Position numbers and translations under genes: made by a program. From IMG/VR virus record IMGVR_UViG_3300020049_005154: DNA of 20,000 bases, one strand, 5' to 3'. Below, piece by piece: positions 15,657-20,000 of this stretch. The notes under the pieces are model-generated. The model did not search any database. It saw nothing but the letters and a program-made list of their open reading frames with translations, and was not told the DNA's origin. The stretch is from an uncultured virus (IMG/VR IMGVR_UViG_3300020049_005154) (lineage: Duplodnaviria; Heunggongvirae; Uroviricota; Caudoviricetes). Each line of letters starts with the position of its first letter. Position 1 is the stretch's first letter.

Positions 15657-16623
15657 ACGTGAATACTACATGACTGCGGACCAAGTTATACCGCAGCACA
15701 TTGATCGTATCCCTAGCGGTAGCCGTATCCTAGATAGCATCCTAGGTGGCGGCTGGGCTAGAGGTAGGCACCACATCATAGCAGGACAACAGGCGGCAGG
15801 CAAGACTACCCTAGCTTTGATGGCTGCTATCTCATGTCAGAACATGGGGCTTAGGGTAGCCTACATAGACGCAGAACATGCACTAGATAGGACTTATGCT
15901 AAGTTTCTAGGCGTTGACCTTACTAGAATGCTGTACCCTGAGCTAACTACTGGCGATGATGCCAAGGAAGCTTTGGTTACATACCTAGATGACAGGAACC
16001 CATTTAGCCTTATCGTCATTGACTCTATTGCTGCATTGTGCCCTGAAGGTATGTACGATGGTACCAATGAATCCCTAGGCGGCAGAGCTAGACTTGTTAA
16101 CGATATGTTCATAGTCTGCAATGCTAGGCTGGAGCTAGCTAACTGTGCAGTTATCTGGATCAATCAGCTTAGGGATACCATTGGCGGATACGGCAGCGGT
16201 AAGATCATGCCGGGCGGTAATGCCCCTCAATTCTACGCCACCACCATTATGCAGATCAACTCCCCTCCGCTTAAAGATAATTCTGATAAGGTTATCGGTA
16301 GGAACATTACTCCCAAGATTACCAAGAACAAGCTTGGCCCTACTTGCTATGATCCTGAGCCAATCCCCTACGTATTCGGTAAGGGCGTTGACACTTCTAG
16401 GGAGCTACTTACCCTAGCTTACAGGGCTGGGCTTATTACCATTGGCGGTACTCGGTATTCGTTCAAAGATCAAGTCATAGCTAACGGTAAAGAAAACACC
16501 ATTGCATTACTTGATCGCGACGAAACTTTAAGGGTTGCTATCATTACTGCCTTGGATGGTAAGCCACCTGCTGCTAAGTATGTTCCTCCTCCTCCACCTT
16601 CCTTTGAATTCAAGATAGGATAG
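15649..16623 (+). CDS. recA: RecA/UvsX-family recombinase
   Basis: Walker A GQQAAGKTT, YIDAEHALD, IVIDSIAAL, INQLR, GGNAPQFYA, KNKLG. Confidence 0.95.
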   Translation: MAKREYYMTADQVIPQHIDRIPSGSRILDSILGGGWARGRHHIIAGQQAAGKTTLALMAAISCQNMGLRVAYIDAEHALDRTYAKFLGVDLTRMLYPELTTGDDAKEALVTYLDDRNPFSLIVIDSIAALCPEGMYDGTNESLGGRARLVNDMFIVCNARLELANCAVIWINQLRDTIGGYGSGKIMPGGNAPQFYATTIMQINSPPLKDNSDKVIGRNITPKITKNKLGPTCYDPEPIPYVFGKGVDTSRELLTLAYRAGLITIGGTRYSFKDQVIANGKENTIALLDRDETLRVAIITALDGKPPAAKYVPPPPPSFEFKIG

Positions 16624-16626
16624 TCT

Positions 16627-19600
16627 ATGTATCTGTTCTCCGTAGTAGCTGACTTGCATTTGGATGACTGGCCTAGGTGGGCGCACAAGACAGATGAAGG
16701 TAGTAACACCAGGCTAGAGGCACAGATCAAAGTAGTAAAGGATATGCTCTCCCTTAGTCAGCATACCCCCAAGCGTTTAGTTATTGCCGGAGATACGGCT
16801 AACCCTAGAAAGGAATCACTACCCCTAGCTGTATCTAATGGTATTACTAACCTGATGAATTGGTGCTCTGCTAACATGGAGAGCACCTATGTCATTGAAG
16901 GCAACCATGATTACCCTTGGCGCACACCGGATAAGGGCAAGCTATCCTCTGTTAGTATCTGCAAGAGAGATAATGTGCATGTGGTAGAGGGATGCAAGAT
17001 CGTTAAGATTCCTCTCATTATGCCGGGCAGCTTCCTTGATCTGTGCTTGCTATCCTACCAGCCTACTGAAGAAGCTCTAGCTGCTGCTATCAACTACTTC
17101 TTCACCAACACTGGCCCCGATAGGGTGCTCATTGCCCATCAACCCTTGATGGAAGGTATGCTTGATAATGGTGGGCTAGCTATTAAAGGCAATAGCCCTG
17201 ATACCTTTCAGCCCGAGAAGTGGAAGCTAATCCTCTTAGGCGATTACCATAGGCCACAGAAGATTAGAAGCAATATGTTCTACGTCGGCGCTCCGTATGA
17301 GCTAAACAGAGGCGATGCCCGACATGACGGCCCTAGAGGCTACGTAGAAGTACACTTCGACCCTATCACCAATACCGTACAGCATAAGTACATAGCTTCT
17401 CAGCACACCAATATGAAGTTTGTTACAATCGACGTAACGGACGATACCGATGTTACTAAGAACATTGCGCTACATAAAGAAGACTTTGTTACGTTTAGTG
17501 TGCTACCTGCTGCTGCTAGTAGGTTCGCGCAGATTGAAGCTATCGCCAGAGCCAACTATACCTTCCCGCCGGAAGTCCTCAATCAAGGCAGGCTTAAAGC
17601 TTCCGACCTAACAGACGATGCTAGATATGATGGCATTACAGCCAATACCGATCCTATTGATGTTGTCAAGGCGTACATTGCTAGGAGGGGATGGGAGCCT
17701 CTTAATCTAGAGTACCTATTCCAGACCTGCAAGTATTGCCTTGATAGGATTCCAGTTACTAACGCTGGCATCTATAGAGGCTTCATTGTCTTTAAGCAGC
17801 TAGACATGATTAACTTCATGTCTCATAGAAATACCTCCGTTAAGCTAGACAACATAGGCTTAGTGCTACTTGACGGTAAGAACGGTGCCGGTAAGTCTTC
17901 TATCTTTGAAGGCATCTACGTTACCTTATTCGGTAAGACTATGCGTGAGCTTCCTGTTAAGAAGGTGCGCAATAGATTTGTTGATGAAGACTGCGTACTT
18001 AAGCTTACCCTATCCACTGAGCATTCAGAGATTAGGATTGAGCGTACCTTCCCTTTCAAGGGATCGGAACAGGTACGCATATACCGTAATGGTGTGGAAG
18101 AGCCAGTATTCAAAGACTCTGCACAAAAGATATACGAGATTACTGGTATCTCAGAGACCTACTTTAAGGCTGCCGGTATCTTGTCGGCTAATATCCTATC
18201 TAGGTTTATGGCTGCCAGTACCAGCGAGCGTCAACGTATCATTCAGGAAATGATTGATACCGAGCCATATGATCTAGCATTTAAGGTAGCTAGCGAACAG
18301 CTTAACAGTATTGACGCTAACATCAGAGACCTTAGCTCCCTATCTGATAGGGCTCTAGGAGCTAAGGAGCAAGCAGAGAGAGCTATTGCCCAGCTTACTG
18401 CTGAGAGAGACATCTTTGAGCTAAGGACCAAGCAAGCTAAGGCTGAGCTAGGGGGTAGGATAGCTAGCGTGCAGGAAAAGGTTAATGCACTACAGGACCA
18501 GCTTAACCTTAAAAATGCTGCTATAGCTGCAATGGTTATACCTACCATGAATGTACCTGCTGAGGCTCTACAGTACGAGGCTCAGGCAGCTATGTTACAA
18601 TCAGAGATTAACACTAGGCACCATCAACTAGGCGGGTACTCTGCCGACCTAGCTAGGGCTCAGGCGCTTAAGGAGAAGATGCGACAGTATGAGTCAGGCA
18701 AGAGCAAGTGCCCTACCTGCTTGCAGAGCATCGGGCTAGAACACATCAATAGCTGCATTGCTGCCGCTGACGTTGACGGCAGGGATGCTGCCGAAATGAA
18801 GACGAAGCTTAACGATGAAATCTTTGCCTTCAATCTCCAGATCAAAGAACTGACGGATAAGGCTCGGCAACTGCGGGCACAGAACGATCTTAACTACCAG
18901 CGTGCGAACCAGGATTACCAGAGCGTGTACAACGAGGCCAGGACCGTCTCCGTTGCCCTTCAGGTAGCTCAGGCTGAGATTGCCGCTCTGAGGAACGAAC
19001 AAGACAAGGTGCAGTCTCAGAGTACCAACTATGACGTGTCGATTGAGCGAGAGCGGAAGCGCGTAGAGGAAAACACCGCGATCTACCAGCAACGGAAGAC
19101 CGAGTTAGAGAGCATATCGGGTAGCCGCCCCCTCATGGCTGCCGCCCATAACATATTCTCCTCTACCGGAGTCAAGAACTTTCTTTTGGATACGATCACC
19201 CCAGCGATTTGCCTTGAAGCGATGCGCTGCTTAGAGCTAGTAGCGCCGGGGCAGTACTCCATTACTTCTGCCGTCAAGAGCACAGCCGTACAGGACAAGC
19301 TGACCTTCGCCGTGGACAACAAGCGGGGCTCAGATGATCCACGCGGCAACTCCGATGGCGAGAAGAACATCGTTGACCTATGCACCTTATGGGCGATCAA
19401 CCGCGTGGCCGTGCGGTGGAACATCCTTGACTTCGATGAACCCTTCTCGGCCTTCGACGACACGGTTACACCTAGGGCATTCAGGCTGCTTGAATCGGCA
19501 GCTAACGAAGGGAGGAGCATCATATGTACTACCCATCGTGACGATCTAAAGAACTTATTTCCGCAACGCTGGCTGGTTGAGAAGACTGAAGTTAACGGTA

Positions 19601-19629
19601 TCGAGACAAGCATTCTTCACGTAGGCTAA
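16627..19629 (+). CDS. Fused SbcD (Mre11/gp47) nuclease and SbcC (Rad50/gp46) ABC-ATPase
   Basis: Phosphoesterase motifs ADLH, AGD, GNHD, AHQ, GDYH; then Walker A GKNGAGKSS, coiled coil with CPTC hook, signature NSDGE, Walker B DFDEP, H-loop TTH, all in one 1000-aa frame. Confidence 0.93.
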   Translation: MYLFSVVADLHLDDWPRWAHKTDEGSNTRLEAQIKVVKDMLSLSQHTPKRLVIAGDTANPRKESLPLAVSNGITNLMNWCSANMESTYVIEGNHDYPWRTPDKGKLSSVSICKRDNVHVVEGCKIVKIPLIMPGSFLDLCLLSYQPTEEALAAAINYFFTNTGPDRVLIAHQPLMEGMLDNGGLAIKGNSPDTFQPEKWKLILLGDYHRPQKIRSNMFYVGAPYELNRGDARHDGPRGYVEVHFDPITNTVQHKYIASQHTNMKFVTIDVTDDTDVTKNIALHKEDFVTFSVLPAAASRFAQIEAIARANYTFPPEVLNQGRLKASDLTDDARYDGITANTDPIDVVKAYIARRGWEPLNLEYLFQTCKYCLDRIPVTNAGIYRGFIVFKQLDMINFMSHRNTSVKLDNIGLVLLDGKNGAGKSSIFEGIYVTLFGKTMRELPVKKVRNRFVDEDCVLKLTLSTEHSEIRIERTFPFKGSEQVRIYRNGVEEPVFKDSAQKIYEITGISETYFKAAGILSANILSRFMAASTSERQRIIQEMIDTEPYDLAFKVASEQLNSIDANIRDLSSLSDRALGAKEQAERAIAQLTAERDIFELRTKQAKAELGGRIASVQEKVNALQDQLNLKNAAIAAMVIPTMNVPAEALQYEAQAAMLQSEINTRHHQLGGYSADLARAQALKEKMRQYESGKSKCPTCLQSIGLEHINSCIAAADVDGRDAAEMKTKLNDEIFAFNLQIKELTDKARQLRAQNDLNYQRANQDYQSVYNEARTVSVALQVAQAEIAALRNEQDKVQSQSTNYDVSIERERKRVEENTAIYQQRKTELESISGSRPLMAAAHNIFSSTGVKNFLLDTITPAICLEAMRCLELVAPGQYSITSAVKSTAVQDKLTFAVDNKRGSDDPRGNSDGEKNIVDLCTLWAINRVAVRWNILDFDEPFSAFDDTVTPRAFRLLESAANEGRSIICTTHRDDLKNLFPQRWLVEKTEVNGIETSILHVG

Positions 19630-19724
19630 ATTTTTCTCTTGCGCCGTGACAGGGTTTCGTGCCCTATTACGGACAGACGCTTGCAGAGAGCAAGCGAAAC
19701 CCCTAGCTCAAAGGAGCTACTCAG
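19630..19724 (+). promoter_or_regulatory. Structured intergenic leader: three hairpins, the last sequestering the AAGGAG RBS; possible weak promoter (TTGCGC at 19639)
   Basis: Stems at 19644-19672, 19678-19696 (CGCTTGC/GCAAGCG) and 19704-19719 (TAGCTC/GAGCTA); the -10 element is not canonical. Confidence 0.55.
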
Positions 19725-20000
19725 ATGGCAGAAGTTATCGCAAACCCGGCAGGTACAGATGGTGCAGTTAAGACTCGCGTCCGTCGTTCACAGGAACAGA
19801 TTCGCGCCGAGAAGGCTGCGAAGGCGCGGGCTAAGCTTGAAGCTGCTCAGAAGGAACTGGAGCGCATTGAGACAGGTGTCGCTACTAGCGGGAACCATAG
19901 TCGCGGTGGTGGCAATGGCAGCGAGTACAAGGATGCCGTCAAGGTTCTTAACGCATCCATCAACCGTATGGCTGCTAATCAGGCGCTCTACCCGACTCAG
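19725..20000 (+). CDS. Basic Ala-rich helical protein, partial (MAEVIANPAGTDGAVKTRVRRSQEQIRAEKAAKARAKLEAAQKEL...)
   Basis: AAGGAG RBS and an open frame to the window end; KTRVRRS patch suggests nucleic-acid binding. Confidence 0.8.
   Translation, partial: MAEVIANPAGTDGAVKTRVRRSQEQIRAEKAAKARAKLEAAQKELERIETGVATSGNHSRGGGNGSEYKDAVKVLNASINRMAANQALYPTQ

Noticed and set aside
133..19613. Minus-strand and nested alternative-frame ORFs in the track (for example 215..661, 7599..8066, 14548..15069, 19083..19613)
   Set aside because: They lie within well-supported + strand genes and show no recognisable motifs; consistent with shadow ORFs.
829..19629. TAG stop-codon reassignment suggested by the abundance of TAG
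   Set aside because: Long genes are intact in the standard code with no internal in-frame TAG, and TAG ends genes neatly next to the following start (2536, 9995, 10870, 16623).
19650..19704. Hammerhead ribozyme (stem followed by GAAAC, with a complementary GGGT upstream)
   Set aside because: The required CUGANGA core is absent; the sequence reads CGGACAGAC.
1..20000. Bacterial chromosomal origin of the window (recA, rnhA, polA, sbcCD)
   Set aside because: These genes are not clustered like this in bacteria; their divergence, fusions and interspersed small ORFs point to a phage. Host and taxonomy cannot be assigned from this window.

Overview
Gene-dense, entirely + strand DNA replication and recombination module of a large tailed dsDNA phage (no structural, integrase, tRNA, rRNA or CRISPR features seen). 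In order: SF2 (UvsW/D10-like) helicase, small ORFs, a SAM-dependent methyltransferase, a DUF2786-like repeat protein, a possible helicase loader, a DnaB-like SF4 helicase, RNase HI, a DnaG-like primase, a Pol-beta-superfamily nucleotidyltransferase, a UDG-family-4/3'-5' exonuclease/PolA fusion polymerase, a gp32-like SSB with a Pro/Ala tail, RecA and a single-chain SbcD-SbcC (Mre11-Rad50) fusion. Most notable: strong CTAG enrichment with few CpG and few A/T runs; an apparently inactivated UDG domain plus several non-canonical polymerase, helicase and primase motifs, which together hint at a modified-DNA lifestyle; a GC-rich cassette at the left end bounded by a 9-bp direct repeat; a gene broken by a stop at codon 3; and a multi-hairpin leader that hides a Shine-Dalgarno site. 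All family calls come from motif recognition by eye; no database searches were run.
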